A stretch of DNA of 64,000 bases from an uncultured Pelagibacteraceae bacterium. Lineage in GTDB: Bacteria; Pseudomonadota; Alphaproteobacteria; Pelagibacterales; Pelagibacteraceae. The first letter of the stretch is position 1; every line of letters starts with the position of its first letter. Positions 51,588 through 62,670 of this stretch are shown in pieces. The notes under the pieces are model-generated. The model was not told the origin of the DNA, made no database searches, and saw only the letters and a list, made by a program, of their open reading frames with translations. Location of the stretch: assembly GCA_902522385.1 (NCBI GenBank), contig CABYVK010000007.1, positions 1,061-65,060 on the forward strand. The letters are read 5' to 3'. Position numbers and translations under genes: made by a program.

Positions 51588-52472
51588 ATGCATTATTGTT
51601 TAATTTATAATCTCAATTCATCATCAGGGAAAAAAGTAAAATTAGTAAATAAAATTTATGAAAAATTAAAGATCAATAATACTGTTGATTTTTTCAAAAC
51701 CAAATCTGAACAAGAGGCAAAAAAAATATTCCTTGAATTTAAAAATAAAAATTATGATAGATTGATAGTTGCTGGTGGTGATGGATCAGTATCATTTGCT
51801 ATCAATGAATTAATCAAAAATGACTTTGATTTTAATGAAAATTTTGCAATTGGGTATATACCGGCTGGGACTGCCAATTTACTTCAAGCAGAGTTATCTA
51901 TAACCAAAAAAGTAAATGATATTTGCAGTGCTTTAACATCAAATAATTATAAACAATCTAATCTTATAAAAATAAATGAAAATTATTTTTTTTTAATGGC
52001 TGGTATTGGTTGGGATGCTAAAATTGTTCACTCTATTGATACGCGTATAAAAAAAATACTAGGAAAGATAATTTTTGGTTTAAAAGGATTTCAACATTTT
52101 TTATTTATGAATAATAATAAACTTAATGTTTTCTTTGACGGTCAAAAACATCAGGCTGATTGGATATTGTCATCTAATACAAAGTATTATGCTGGTCATC
52201 ATAAGATAAATAAATCAGATATTTTTGATGATAGATTGGTAACTTACGTGTTCAAAGATTTAACAAGATTAAAACTAATATATTATATAATTTTAATTAT
52301 TATTTATGGAGATCTATCGAAAAACAAATCTGTTATCACTACTTACTCAAAAAATATTCATATTGATGGTAATAATTTTGAAATTCCCGTTCAGATTGAT
52401 GGGGACAATTTTGGATGTCATAAACAGATTGATATTGAATTTTCAGATAAAAAAGTAAATTTTTTACTATAA
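51588..52472 (+). CDS. Diacylglycerol/lipid kinase family protein (DAGK_cat, YegS/DgkB-like)
   Basis: AGGDGS, IPAGTANL, AGIGWDA, QIDGD. Confidence 0.88.
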   Translation: MHYCLIYNLNSSSGKKVKLVNKIYEKLKINNTVDFFKTKSEQEAKKIFLEFKNKNYDRLIVAGGDGSVSFAINELIKNDFDFNENFAIGYIPAGTANLLQAELSITKKVNDICSALTSNNYKQSNLIKINENYFFLMAGIGWDAKIVHSIDTRIKKILGKIIFGLKGFQHFLFMNNNKLNVFFDGQKHQADWILSSNTKYYAGHHKINKSDIFDDRLVTYVFKDLTRLKLIYYIILIIIYGDLSKNKSVITTYSKNIHIDGNNFEIPVQIDGDNFGCHKQIDIEFSDKKVNFLL

Positions 52473-52561
52473 TTTTAAATAACATAATTTAACAAAAAAT
52501 TATTTTACTAAGATATTTAATTTAAATATAATTGTTTTTAAATTTACTATAGGAGGTTGTC

Positions 52562-52771
52562 ATGGGTAAAAAACTAAAGAAAAATGAAAAAAGAAAAAAG
52601 AAATTTATCAAATCAATAGATAAACTTAAAAATAAGATAAGTTTAAAAGAAAAAAAATTATCTAAAATTAATATAAAAATTGCAAGTTTAGAAAAAAAAA
52701 TTGCTGAAAAAAGAGCAAAAAAAATAGCTAAGAAACAAGCTAATGAAAGCTCAGCATCTGTAAATAATTAA
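52562..52771 (+). CDS. Small, highly basic Lys-rich coiled-coil protein
   Basis: Perfect AGGAGG RBS at 52551-52556, 69-aa ORF, downstream hairpin. Confidence 0.8.
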   Translation: MGKKLKKNEKRKKKFIKSIDKLKNKISLKEKKLSKINIKIASLEKKIAEKRAKKIAKKQANESSASVNN

Positions 52772-52784
52772 TATCTAAATTCGT

Positions 52785-52818
52785 CTTTCTCTCTTCTCAA
52801 TTATGAAAAGAGAGAAAG
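52785..52818. terminator. Hairpin after the Lys-rich gene (possibly bidirectional with manC)
   Basis: CTTTCTCTCTTCTCA-ATTA-TGAAAAGAGAGAAAG, 14 of 15 pairs. Confidence 0.65.
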
Positions 52819-52945
52819 TTGTTAATTAACAAAATTTAAAGTGAATACGAGAAGAATAATTTATTATTTAACTATAAATTTTGTAAGCAATCATTAGATA
52901 AGTTTAATTACAAAAATATTTATCTAATATTACAATTCAGTTAAT

Positions 52946-54151
52946 TTAACGAACTCTTCCATAAACATCTTGATATCTAACAATATCACTTTCCTTCAAT
53001 ATTGAACCGATTTGAGCTTCGACAATTTTAAGAGGTTTTTTTCCTGGATTTTGAACTCTATGGATTGCTTCTAATGGAATGAATATATGTTCACCTGGTT
53101 TTTTAACAATTATATCTTTATTAAGAGTTATTTTAGCATTTCCTTGTGTAACTAACCAATGCTCCGCTCGGTGATGGTGTTTTTGTAAACTTAGAATGCC
53201 TTTTGGTTTTACATATAGCTCTTTAATTAAAAACTCTTTTCCTTCAAATAGATTGGTATATCTGCCCCATGGACGGTAATAGACATTTTTTTTCTTAATA
53301 TATTTGTTTTTATTTTTGTCATACATCTTCAAAATTTCTTTCCAACTACCAAGATCTGACCAAGGAATGTCTAATTTGATAGCGTTAATTTGTTTGGTTT
53401 TTTCTAAAATTGCATAATCAAATGATTTAGCACTCGCTTTTATAAATGAAGCTTTGTTTAGATAATATGTATTAGCCTTATATTTTGCTTTATTAACAGC
53501 ATTTAAACAATTTCTGTAAGTTTTAGGCTGATATTTTTTAAAGTTACTAATAATGGAGTCTTTTCGAAGATAAAACATTCCAGAATTCCAATAGCCTTTA
53601 TTTTTTATAATTTGTTTTGCTTTAGTCTCTTTTGGTTTTTCAATAAATCTAGTTACTTTATTGATATTACCTTTAATTTTTTTGGTTAAAAAATAACCAT
53701 AATCACTAGTTGGAGATTTAGGTTTTATTCCAAAAACAAATATATTTTCTTCATTAAGGTTTAATTTATTTTTATTTATCGCCTTATTAAAAATACTCAT
53801 CTTTTCAATCAAATGGTCTGCTGTAAAAAACATTAACGGTTGATTGTTTGGAATATCTTTAATTAAAGCTGTACTTAATATAGCTGGCGCTGTGTTTCTT
53901 TTAGCTGGCTCTACAACTATTTTATATTTGCTAATTTTGTTTTTTTTTAAATGCTGTTTTACTTTGTTTAAGTACTTCTTATTGGTACTAATAATTGGAG
54001 GATCGTAAATTGATGCTTTTGTTCTCTCAAGTGTTTTTCCAAGCAAAGTCCAATTACCAAAATCAATGAACTGTTTTGCTTGATGATTTTTAGTGTTTGG
54101 CCAAAGTCGAGTTCCAGCACCTCCACATAAAATGACTGGACGAATTTTCAT
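52946..54151 (-). CDS. manC: Mannose-1-phosphate guanylyltransferase / mannose-6-phosphate isomerase
   Basis: LCGGAGTRLWP, EPAKRNTAPA, FIEKP, WNSG, WSDLGSW, then cupin YRPWG, SLQKHHHRAEHW. Confidence 0.9.
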   Translation of the reverse strand: MKIRPVILCGGAGTRLWPNTKNHQAKQFIDFGNWTLLGKTLERTKASIYDPPIISTNKKYLNKVKQHLKKNKISKYKIVVEPAKRNTAPAILSTALIKDIPNNQPLMFFTADHLIEKMSIFNKAINKNKLNLNEENIFVFGIKPKSPTSDYGYFLTKKIKGNINKVTRFIEKPKETKAKQIIKNKGYWNSGMFYLRKDSIISNFKKYQPKTYRNCLNAVNKAKYKANTYYLNKASFIKASAKSFDYAILEKTKQINAIKLDIPWSDLGSWKEILKMYDKNKNKYIKKKNVYYRPWGRYTNLFEGKEFLIKELYVKPKGILSLQKHHHRAEHWLVTQGNAKITLNKDIIVKKPGEHIFIPLEAIHRVQNPGKKPLKIVEAQIGSILKESDIVRYQDVYGRVR

Positions 54152-55869
54152 TAAATCTCTGAATAATCCTTAACTTCTTTTTTCTTACCTGGATGTGTTG
54201 GTGCACCTAAATACGCAGGTCCAACTGTTTGTGCATATTTCCATAAAGTACCTGAACCAAAATCTGATTTTCTAGCTTTCCATTTTCTTTTTCTTGCAGC
54301 TAATTCTTTTTTAGAAAGTCTTACATTGATTGTTCCTTTCTTGGCATCTATATCGATGATATCTCCTGTTCGTAAAAGGCCTATAGGACCCCCTAGAGCG
54401 GCCTCAGGGCCCACGTGACCCACACAAAAGCCTCTTGTAGCACCAGAGAACCTACCGTCTGTAATAAGGGCTACTTTCTCTCCTTTTCCCTGTCCATAAA
54501 TTGCACTTGTTGTAGATAACATTTCTCTCATACCTGGACCTCCAACAGGTCCTTCGTATCTAATTATAATTACATCACCATCATTATACTTTTTGCTTTG
54601 AACAGCTTTCATTGCACTTTCCTCATTTTCAAAGCATCTTGCTTTACCAGTAAATTGTAATTTTTTAAGTCCTGCAACTTTAACAATTGCACCTTCAGGT
54701 GCTAAGTTTCCTTTTAATCCAACAACACCACCTGTTGGTGATAACGGATTTTTATATGATCTCATTACTTTTTGTTTTGGATTAAATTTAATACCTTTTA
54801 AATTTTCCTTCATAGTTTTTCCTGTAACCGTCATGCAATCACCATGAATATATCCACCTTCATATAAAGTTTTTAATAACATTGGAACACCACCTGCTAA
54901 CCACATATCTTTTGCAACATATTTTCCACCTGGTTTTAAATCTGCAAGATAAGGTGTTCTTTTAAAAATTTTTGCAACATCCATTAAATCAAATTTAATT
55001 CCTGCTTCATTTGCAATAGCAGGTAAATGTAATCCTGCATTAGTGGATCCACCTGTTGCAGCAACTACTGTTGCAGCATTTTCTAAAGCTTTTCTAGTTA
55101 CAATGTCTCTTGGTTTAATTCCTTTTTTCAAAAGGTTCATAACAGTTTTACCACTAGCTTTTGCGTATTTATCTCTTTCTTCATATGGAGCTGGTGTTCC
55201 TGCTGAATAAGGAAGTGCTAATCCAATTGCTTCAGATACACATGCCATTGTATTTGCAGTAAATTGACCTCCACAAGCACCTGCACTTGGACAAGCAACT
55301 AATTCTAATTTTCTAAGCTCTGCAGCTGACATTTGGCCTGTTGAGTGTTTTCCAACTGCTTCAAATACATCTACTACTGTTACGTCTTTTCCTTTATATT
55401 TGCCTGGAAGGATTGATCCACCATATATAAATACACTTGGTACATTTAATCTAACCATAGACATCATTAGACCTGGTAAAGATTTATCACATCCTGCAAT
55501 ACCAACTAAAGCATCGTAACAGTGACCTCTAACTGTAAGCTCAGCTGAATCAGCGATTACTTCTCTTGATATCAATGAAGATTTCATTCCTTCATGACCC
55601 ATTGCAATGCCGTCAGTAACAGTAATTGTGCAAAATTCTCTTGGAGTTCCACCATTAGCTCTAACCCCTTTTTTAACTGATTGAGCCTGTCTCATTAGAG
55701 CAATATTACATGGAGCTGCCTCATTCCAGGTAGAAACTACACCAACAAAAGGTTTTGCTACGTCTTTCTCAGTTTCTCCCATAGCATAATAAAACGATCT
55801 GTGTGGAGCTCTATCTGCCCCTAACGATGTATGTCTGCTTGGAAGTTTCTTTTTATTAAATTTAGCCAT
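54151..55869 (-). CDS. ilvD: Dihydroxy-acid dehydratase
   Basis: [31 protein letters not shown]. Confidence 0.95.
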   Translation of the reverse strand: MAKFNKKKLPSRHTSLGADRAPHRSFYYAMGETEKDVAKPFVGVVSTWNEAAPCNIALMRQAQSVKKGVRANGGTPREFCTITVTDGIAMGHEGMKSSLISREVIADSAELTVRGHCYDALVGIAGCDKSLPGLMMSMVRLNVPSVFIYGGSILPGKYKGKDVTVVDVFEAVGKHSTGQMSAAELRKLELVACPSAGACGGQFTANTMACVSEAIGLALPYSAGTPAPYEERDKYAKASGKTVMNLLKKGIKPRDIVTRKALENAATVVAATGGSTNAGLHLPAIANEAGIKFDLMDVAKIFKRTPYLADLKPGGKYVAKDMWLAGGVPMLLKTLYEGGYIHGDCMTVTGKTMKENLKGIKFNPKQKVMRSYKNPLSPTGGVVGLKGNLAPEGAIVKVAGLKKLQFTGKARCFENEESAMKAVQSKKYNDGDVIIIRYEGPVGGPGMREMLSTTSAIYGQGKGEKVALITDGRFSGATRGFCVGHVGPEAALGGPIGLLRTGDIIDIDAKKGTINVRLSKKELAARKRKWKARKSDFGSGTLWKYAQTVGPAYLGAPTHPGKKKEVKDYSEI

Positions 55870-58496
55870 TATATACCCTTTATTGTTACTGATATTTTAT
55901 CAATATCATTCTTTAAATTATTATAATTATTTTTTTCTTGTTCAACAATCTCTTTTGGAGCTCGGTCGACAAAACTTTTATTCTCTAATCTTTGAGATAT
56001 TTTATTCATCTCTTGCTCTAATCTGCTTTGTTTATTTGTTAAATTTTCTTTTATTAATTTTAAATCGACATCTTTATCAAAATAAATCTTAAACAAATCC
56101 CCAGATACAACCATTGTCGCAGCTGGTTTATCTAAATCCTTATCTAATATACTGTTTATTCTTCCTAGTTTTTTTAGAATAATTTCATTTGTATTAATAA
56201 AGTCTTTTTGATTTTTATTAATATTGCTTATTGATACATCAATAAATGAGCCTGGGCTTACATTAAGCTCATTTTTAAATGATCTAATCTCTGAAATGAT
56301 GTTAATGATGTTTTCAACCTGTTCAGTACTGCTGTCCTTATTTATCTCACCTGACAACCAATTTTTTAGCATCAAATAATCACTACCGTCATTATCAAAT
56401 TTATTTTTAAGCCAAATTTCTTCGGTAACGAAAGGAATAAAAGGATGTAACAAAATCAAAATTTGTTTAAATACAAAAGATGATACTTTTTTTACCTCTG
56501 CTTTAGCTTTTTCATCATCTGAAAAGAGTATAGTTTTAGATAGTTCTAAATACCAATCACAATACGAATGCCATGCAAATTGATAGGCATTTTTAGCAGC
56601 CTCATCAAATCTATAATCTTCGAGGTTTTTTTCTATCTTATTCTTAGTTTCAACAAGTTCTGAATAAATCCATTTGTTAATATTAACATTTAAACTAGGA
56701 ACTTTATCTATCTCTTTAAAATCACATTCATTAGTGATTAAAAAATTATTTGCATTCCATAATTTATTTAAAAAGTTTCTATAACCTTTTACTCTATCCT
56801 CAGAAAGCTTCACATCTGTGCCTGGGGAAGCCATTGATAACAAAGTAAATCTAAGTGCATCTGCACTATATTTTTCAATTAAATCTAAAGGATCAATTAC
56901 ATTACCTTTAGACTTAGACATCTTTTGTCCCTTCTCATCTCTAACCAATGCATGAACATATATATCTTTAAATGGTTCTTTGTTTAAAAATTCTGTACCG
57001 AACATAATCATTCTAGCTACCCAGAAAAATATAATATCAAAACCTGTAACCAATACTGACGTTGGGTAAAATTTATCTATAAATTTATTATCATCAGGCC
57101 AACCAAGTGTAGCAAAAGGCCATAATCCTGATGAGAACCAAGTATCTAAAACATCTGGATCACGATTTAATTCAACATCTTTACCATAATGTTTTTTGGC
57201 TTGTTGTTTTGCATCATCTTCATTTTCTGCAACAAAAATTTTTTCATCTGGTCCATACCAGGCAGGAATTTGATGTCCCCACCAAAGCTGTCTAGAAATA
57301 CACCAAGGTTCTATATTGTTCATCCACTGAAAATAGGTTTTCGTCCAATTCTCAGGAAAGAATTTTGTTTTTTTTGAGTTAACAGCTTCTTTAGCTTTGA
57401 CTGATAATTTACCAGCATCAGCAAACCATTGTTCTGTTAAAAAAGGTTCAATTATTGAATTAGATCTATCTCCATAAGGAACTTTATTTTTAATATTCTC
57501 TTCTTTAATAAAAAATTCTTTTTCTTTAAGTTCTTTTAAGATTTTTTTTCTTGCCTCAGACCTATCAAGACCTACATAAGTTTGTGGAGCATTTTTATTT
57601 ATTTTACCTTCTTCAGTAAAAATATTTATAATTTCAAGATTGTTTCTTTGCCCAACTTCATAGTCATTAAAATCATGAGCTGGAGTTATTTTTAATGCAC
57701 CTGTTCCTTGCTCGGGATCAGCATAATCATCCTCAATAATTTTTATTTTTCTTCCAACAATTGGAATGGTAACTGTTTTTCCAACAAAGGATTTAAATCG
57801 TTCATCTTTTGGATTTACAGCTATAGCTGTATCACCAAGCATAGTTTCAGGTCTTGTGGTTGCAATCGTAATAAATTCATCTGTTCCATCTATAGGATAT
57901 CTTATGTAATAAATTTTAGAATTTACTTCTCTTTGATCTACTTCAAGATCTGAAATAGCTGTTTTTAAAACCGTGTCCCAATTGACTAATTTTTTGTCTT
58001 TATAGATTAGTCCTTTTTTATAAAGGTCTACAAAAACCTTAATTACTGATCTAGATAAATTCTCATCCATGGTGAAGGCATTTCTTGACCAATCACAAGA
58101 GCAACCAAGTTTTTTTAATTGATTTATAATTATGTCTCCATATTGCTCTTTCCATTCCCATACTTTTTCAATAAATTTTTCTCTACCAATTTCATTTTTA
58201 TCAATTTTTTCAGAACTTAATTTTTTCTCAACTAAGGCCTGTGTAGCAATACCTGCATGGTCTGTACCTGGTTGCCATAAAGTTTCAAAATTATTCATCC
58301 TATGATATCGAACCAATAAATCTTGAATAGAATTATTTAGAGCATGTCCCATATGCAAACTACCAGTCACATTTGGTGGAGGAATTACAACTGAGAATTT
58401 TTTTGAATTTTCTTTAGGTTTAAAAAGAGCATTTTCTTCCCAATAAGAATAAATCCTATTTTCTACATCAGAATGTATATATTTATCACTACTCAT
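55869..58496 (-). CDS. valS: Valine-tRNA ligase
   Basis: [29 protein letters not shown]. Confidence 0.98.
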   Translation of the reverse strand: MSSDKYIHSDVENRIYSYWEENALFKPKENSKKFSVVIPPPNVTGSLHMGHALNNSIQDLLVRYHRMNNFETLWQPGTDHAGIATQALVEKKLSSEKIDKNEIGREKFIEKVWEWKEQYGDIIINQLKKLGCSCDWSRNAFTMDENLSRSVIKVFVDLYKKGLIYKDKKLVNWDTVLKTAISDLEVDQREVNSKIYYIRYPIDGTDEFITIATTRPETMLGDTAIAVNPKDERFKSFVGKTVTIPIVGRKIKIIEDDYADPEQGTGALKITPAHDFNDYEVGQRNNLEIINIFTEEGKINKNAPQTYVGLDRSEARKKILKELKEKEFFIKEENIKNKVPYGDRSNSIIEPFLTEQWFADAGKLSVKAKEAVNSKKTKFFPENWTKTYFQWMNNIEPWCISRQLWWGHQIPAWYGPDEKIFVAENEDDAKQQAKKHYGKDVELNRDPDVLDTWFSSGLWPFATLGWPDDNKFIDKFYPTSVLVTGFDIIFFWVARMIMFGTEFLNKEPFKDIYVHALVRDEKGQKMSKSKGNVIDPLDLIEKYSADALRFTLLSMASPGTDVKLSEDRVKGYRNFLNKLWNANNFLITNECDFKEIDKVPSLNVNINKWIYSELVETKNKIEKNLEDYRFDEAAKNAYQFAWHSYCDWYLELSKTILFSDDEKAKAEVKKVSSFVFKQILILLHPFIPFVTEEIWLKNKFDNDGSDYLMLKNWLSGEINKDSSTEQVENIINIISEIRSFKNELNVSPGSFIDVSISNINKNQKDFINTNEIILKKLGRINSILDKDLDKPAATMVVSGDLFKIYFDKDVDLKLIKENLTNKQSRLEQEMNKISQRLENKSFVDRAPKEIVEQEKNNYNNLKNDIDKISVTIKGI

Positions 58497-58620
58497 TGAA
58501 CTTAAAGTTTATAATTTAATAATTTAAATTAACAATAATGAATTTGGATCGTTATTTAATAGACTAATAGAAAAAATTTATTATAAAAAGGCATCTGCAG
58601 CTATTAGCTAAAAATAAGAT

Positions 58621-58694
58621 GGCAACGTGGCGGAATGGTTACGCAGAGGATTGCAAATCCTTGTATCCCGGTTCGATTCCGGGCGTTGCCTCCA
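58621..58694 (+). tRNA. tRNA-Cys(GCA)
   Basis: GGCAACG...CGTTGCC-T-CCA; AGGA-TT-GCA-AA-TCCT anticodon arm. Confidence 0.97.
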
Positions 58695-58744
58695 AAAAAA
58701 ATCTTGTTTTAGTTATAAAAAAAAGTAAGTTGGCTTTTTTACAT

Positions 58745-58820
58745 TCCTCGGTAGCTCAGTTGGTAGAGCAGTTGACTGTTAATCAATTGGTCGCAGGTTC
58801 GAGTCCTGCCCGAGGAGCCA
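58745..58820 (+). tRNA. tRNA-Asn(GTT)
   Basis: TCCTCGG...CCGAGGA-G-CCA; TTGA-CT-GTT-AA-TCAA anticodon arm. Confidence 0.97.
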
Positions 58821-58881
58821 AAAAATCAGACAATAAAAAAAATATCTTTTAAATTAAAATCTAGGGTCTTAAAAAATTTAA

Positions 58882-59253
58882 TTAAACTGCTTTTGAAATT
58901 CCTGATCCTGAAATTTGTAAAGATTTATTAAATTTTAATTTTTGATCAGCATTAAGTTCAGAATACAATTTAACCAAAAAATTATAATTTATACTCATAT
59001 GACCTTCTTGTGATTTTTCTACATTTACTAAATATTCTGAAAAATCCTCAAAGAAATAATTAATTGGTACTTTTAAATAATTTGCAAGTTGGAGTAGTCT
59101 TATCGAGCTTACCCCGTTAGTACCTTTTTCATATTTTTGAATTTGTTGAAATGTTACATTTATTGCCTTTGCAACTTTAGTCTGTGTTAAACCTAAAGCT
59201 AACCTTCTTAGCTTAAGCTTATTGCCTAAGTGTTTATTGAAATTATCTTCCAT
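58882..59253 (-). CDS. XRE/HTH_3 family transcriptional regulator
   Basis: VTFQQIQKYEKGTN motif of the conserved alphaproteobacterial XRE family. Confidence 0.9.
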   Translation of the reverse strand: MEDNFNKHLGNKLKLRRLALGLTQTKVAKAINVTFQQIQKYEKGTNGVSSIRLLQLANYLKVPINYFFEDFSEYLVNVEKSQEGHMSINYNFLVKLYSELNADQKLKFNKSLQISGSGISKAV

Positions 59254-59442
59254 TAAGACCCCTCTTAATTAAATTTTATAATGACCATTGAACCTATTTA
59301 TTAATGTTACTGCAATAGAAAAATTTATTTTTTTTGGTAGGAAATTTAAAAAAATCAAAATACTGTCAAGCATTAGTTGATGAAGAAAACAACATTTTTA
59401 GATTGTTATAATTTAACATTATCCTTATAGTTATTATATTTT

Positions 59443-60177
59443 TTATAGGATTTGACTTAAAAATAGCTTGGTTCTATCGTTCTTTGGGTTGGCAAAAAAC
59501 TCTTTTGTATCAGCTTTTTCTACTATCATTCCCTCATCCATAAATATCATTTTATCAGCTACTTCTTTAGCAAATCCCATCTCGTGTGTTACTACTATCA
59601 TTGTCATACCTTGGTTTGCTAAATTTACCATTACGTCCAAAACTTCTTTGATCATCTCTGGATCAAGAGCTGAAGTAGGTTCATCAAATAACATAATTTT
59701 AGGCTCCATACAAAGTGCTCTTGCTATAGCAACTCTTTGCTGTTGACCACCTGATAATTGCCCAGGAAATTTATGAGCTTGATCAAGAATTTGAACTCTT
59801 TCTAAATGTTTTAACGCCAATTCTTCTGCTTCTTTTTTTGGCATTTTTTTGACCCATATTGGTGCCAAAGTACAATTATCAACAATAGATAAATGTGGAA
59901 ATAAATTAAATTGTTGAAAAACCATTCCAACTTCTGCTCTTACTTGCTCTATATTTTTTGTATCTTCTGAAATTTCTGTTCCATCAACAATTATATTGCC
60001 TTCTTGATGCTCTTCTAATCTGTTTATACATCTTATTAGAGTTGATTTTCCTGATCCTGAAGGGCCGCAAACAACTATCTTTTCTTTAGGTTTAACATCT
60101 AAGTTAATATCTTTTAATACTTGAAACTCACCAAACCACTTATTAACATTTTTTATTTCAATAATACTATCCGACAT
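59443..60177 (-). CDS. aapP: General L-amino acid ABC transporter ATPase
   Basis: [27 protein letters not shown]. Confidence 0.9.
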   Translation of the reverse strand: MSDSIIEIKNVNKWFGEFQVLKDINLDVKPKEKIVVCGPSGSGKSTLIRCINRLEEHQEGNIIVDGTEISEDTKNIEQVRAEVGMVFQQFNLFPHLSIVDNCTLAPIWVKKMPKKEAEELALKHLERVQILDQAHKFPGQLSGGQQQRVAIARALCMEPKIMLFDEPTSALDPEMIKEVLDVMVNLANQGMTMIVVTHEMGFAKEVADKMIFMDEGMIVEKADTKEFFANPKNDRTKLFLSQIL

Positions 60178-60180
60178 AAT

Positions 60181-61452
60181 TTATCTATCTGTTTTATATT
60201 TTAGTTCTAAATTATAACTGTATCTGCTCATTGCATAACAGATTATGAAAAAAATTATAGCAGAAAAAACATAGCCTTCCATAGCAAACCCTAACCATTT
60301 AGGATTTGTTTTAGCCATCTGTAACATCCCAACAATTTCTGCTAATCCAACTACAAATATTAAAGGTGTATCTTTTACGAGTGCTAAAAATGTATTTGCT
60401 ATTCCTGGTATGACTAATTTTAAAGCTTGTGGCAAAATAACAAAAATATGCATTTTCCAATATCCCATACCAAGTGATTTTGATGCATCATATTGACCCC
60501 TAGGTAGTGCTTGTAGCCCTCCTCTAATAACCTCGGCTACATAAGCAGCTTCAAATAATGAAATTGCAATAATCACTCTAACAAGTTTATCCATAAAAAA
60601 ATCTTGAGGTAAAAACATTGGGAACATTACTGATGACATGAATAATACTGTAATAAGAGGTACACCTCTCCAAAATTCTATAAATCCAACCGAAACATAT
60701 TTAACAACTGGAAGTTCTGTTCTTCTTCCTAATGCGAGTGCCATGCCTAATGGAAAACAAAATATCAAACTAAAAAAAGAGACTATGAAAGTTAACGATA
60801 ACCCCCCCCATGCACCTGTTTCAACCCACTCTAAACCTAAAGCACCTCCAGAAATAAGATAGTAAATTAAAATAAATGCAATTATTGGGTAAATTACAAC
60901 ATAATATAAGGTTAAAAATTTTTTATATTTTTCTGCAGTAAAAAAACCAACAAAAGCTAATGCAATCAAAAATATAAATGCTAGATTAACTCTCCATATT
61001 TGCTCATTAGGATACATGCCATACATAAATCTTTTGAACCAAATTTTAATATATGTCCAACAAGCCCCAGATCCTGAGCAAGCATCTTTAGTGTCTCCTG
61101 AAATGTTCGCATCAAATATCATCCAACTAAATACGGGAGGTATGGCTTTAATGATTATGAACAAAATTAACAATGTCAAAGCAGCATTAAAATTGCTTGT
61201 ATTTATATTCTTATTTAAATTATCTAATTTTTTTATTCCTGAATATTCAATCCTTATTAAATGAAGACCAATCATTCCAAGAACAAAAGGTAAAAAGAAA
61301 CTTAATATAAAAGGTAAAAAGGAGATTAAATTCAGTTTAAAAAATGAATTTAAAAAAACATCAATAAGTGAGATTATTACTAGACATGTACCAACATATA
61401 AATTTGGAATTAGGTTTTCCTTTGTTGGATTTATAAAATTAAATTTTTTCAT
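60181..61452 (-). CDS. aapM: General L-amino acid ABC transporter permease
   Basis: GACW, RGVPLITVLFM, AEVIRGGLQA; likely start 61452 (TAATG overlap). Confidence 0.88.
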   Translation of the reverse strand: MKKFNFINPTKENLIPNLYVGTCLVIISLIDVFLNSFFKLNLISFLPFILSFFLPFVLGMIGLHLIRIEYSGIKKLDNLNKNINTSNFNAALTLLILFIIIKAIPPVFSWMIFDANISGDTKDACSGSGACWTYIKIWFKRFMYGMYPNEQIWRVNLAFIFLIALAFVGFFTAEKYKKFLTLYYVVIYPIIAFILIYYLISGGALGLEWVETGAWGGLSLTFIVSFFSLIFCFPLGMALALGRRTELPVVKYVSVGFIEFWRGVPLITVLFMSSVMFPMFLPQDFFMDKLVRVIIAISLFEAAYVAEVIRGGLQALPRGQYDASKSLGMGYWKMHIFVILPQALKLVIPGIANTFLALVKDTPLIFVVGLAEIVGMLQMAKTNPKWLGFAMEGYVFSAIIFFIICYAMSRYSYNLELKYKTDR

Positions 61453-62600
61453 TATTTTTCCACAATTGCTATCTTTGCATTGTACCAATTCATAAGTAAT
61501 GAAATGGATAAACTTAGTGTTAAATATGTAAGCATTGTTATAGATACAATTTCAATTGCTTTACCTGTTTGCATCAAAGCAGTACCTGCAAAAACCAATA
61601 CTAAATCTGGATAGGCTATTGCAGCAGCTAATGAAGAATTTTTCGTCAAATTTAAATATTGATTTGTTGTTGGTGGTATAATTATTCTTAAGGCTTGTGG
61701 CATTATAATTAAGTTTAAAACTTGTTTTCTGTTTAATCCTATAGATGCCGCTGCCTCTCTTTGACCTTTACCCACTCCTTGAATTCCAGCTCTTACACAT
61801 TCTGCAATAAATGTTGCTGTATATAAAGATAGTGCAATTACAAGAGAAAGTAATTCAGGTGGTATGCTCAAACCACCCTCAAAAATAAAAGAAGTTTTGG
61901 CTAGTTGTTTTAAAACCGGAGTTTCGTAACCTACTTTTACTCCTCCAAAGAAAAAAGTTAGCAATGGTAATATAAACAAAATAGCTATAGAAATATTTAG
62001 AACTGGAATATGTTTACCTTCATTTTCTCTAAGTTTTTTTCCGTGAATTCTTATAAAAATAATTGAAACTATTGAGGCTATAATTGAATATATAAAAATA
62101 TCCAAATTCATCCAAACCAAAGAAGGTGTATAAAAACCCTTAATAGTAAGAAAAAAAGAACCTAACATTGGTTCAGCTTCTTGTGGTAGTGGAAGAGCTC
62201 TTAAAGCTGCGTAGTACCAAAAAAATATTTGTAATAAGAGAGGTATATTTCGGAAAAATTCAACATACCAAGCAGCAGTTGTTCTTATTAAAAAATTTGG
62301 TGATAATCTAGCTATACCTACAACTACCCCTAAAACCGTGCAAAAAATAATACCTAAAATAGAAACTAAAAGTGTATTTAAAAGACCTACCAAATAAGCT
62401 CTACCGTAACTATCAGAACCGCTATATTCAATTAACGAAAACTGAACATCAAAAGAAGACTCTTGAGTTAAAAAACCATAACCAAAATCAATTCCTCGAT
62501 TTGCCATATTAATTTGAGCATTGAGAGAAAAAAAACCAAATATGATTACAACAACAAGCAGTGTAATAGCTTGTGGTAAGAATTTTTTAAACTTCATCAA
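61452..62600 (-). CDS. aapQ: General L-amino acid ABC transporter permease
   Basis: VGLLNTL, RNIPLLLQIFFWY, NLTKNSSLA. Confidence 0.88.
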   Translation of the reverse strand: MMKFKKFLPQAITLLVVVIIFGFFSLNAQINMANRGIDFGYGFLTQESSFDVQFSLIEYSGSDSYGRAYLVGLLNTLLVSILGIIFCTVLGVVVGIARLSPNFLIRTTAAWYVEFFRNIPLLLQIFFWYYAALRALPLPQEAEPMLGSFFLTIKGFYTPSLVWMNLDIFIYSIIASIVSIIFIRIHGKKLRENEGKHIPVLNISIAILFILPLLTFFFGGVKVGYETPVLKQLAKTSFIFEGGLSIPPELLSLVIALSLYTATFIAECVRAGIQGVGKGQREAAASIGLNRKQVLNLIIMPQALRIIIPPTTNQYLNLTKNSSLAAAIAYPDLVLVFAGTALMQTGKAIEIVSITMLTYLTLSLSISLLMNWYNAKIAIVEK

Positions 62601-62619
62601 GGGGAATATATTAAATATT

Positions 62620-62650
62620 AAAAAAAGGGCTAGATAAATCTAGCCCTTTT
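62620..62650 (-). terminator. Hairpin between aapJ and aapQ
   Basis: AAAAGGGCTAGAT-AA-ATCTAGCCCTTTT with a U-tract on the minus strand. Confidence 0.8.
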
Positions 62651-62670
62651 AAACTTGTTAGAGTTAACAA

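Noticed and set aside
52477-52500. PHO-box-like TAAC repeats upstream of the Lys-rich gene
   Set aside because: Period is 10 bp rather than 11 and the half-sites are poor in AT-rich context.
58619-58852. 77-aa ORF in the track
   Set aside because: Spurious read-through of tRNA-Cys and tRNA-Asn.
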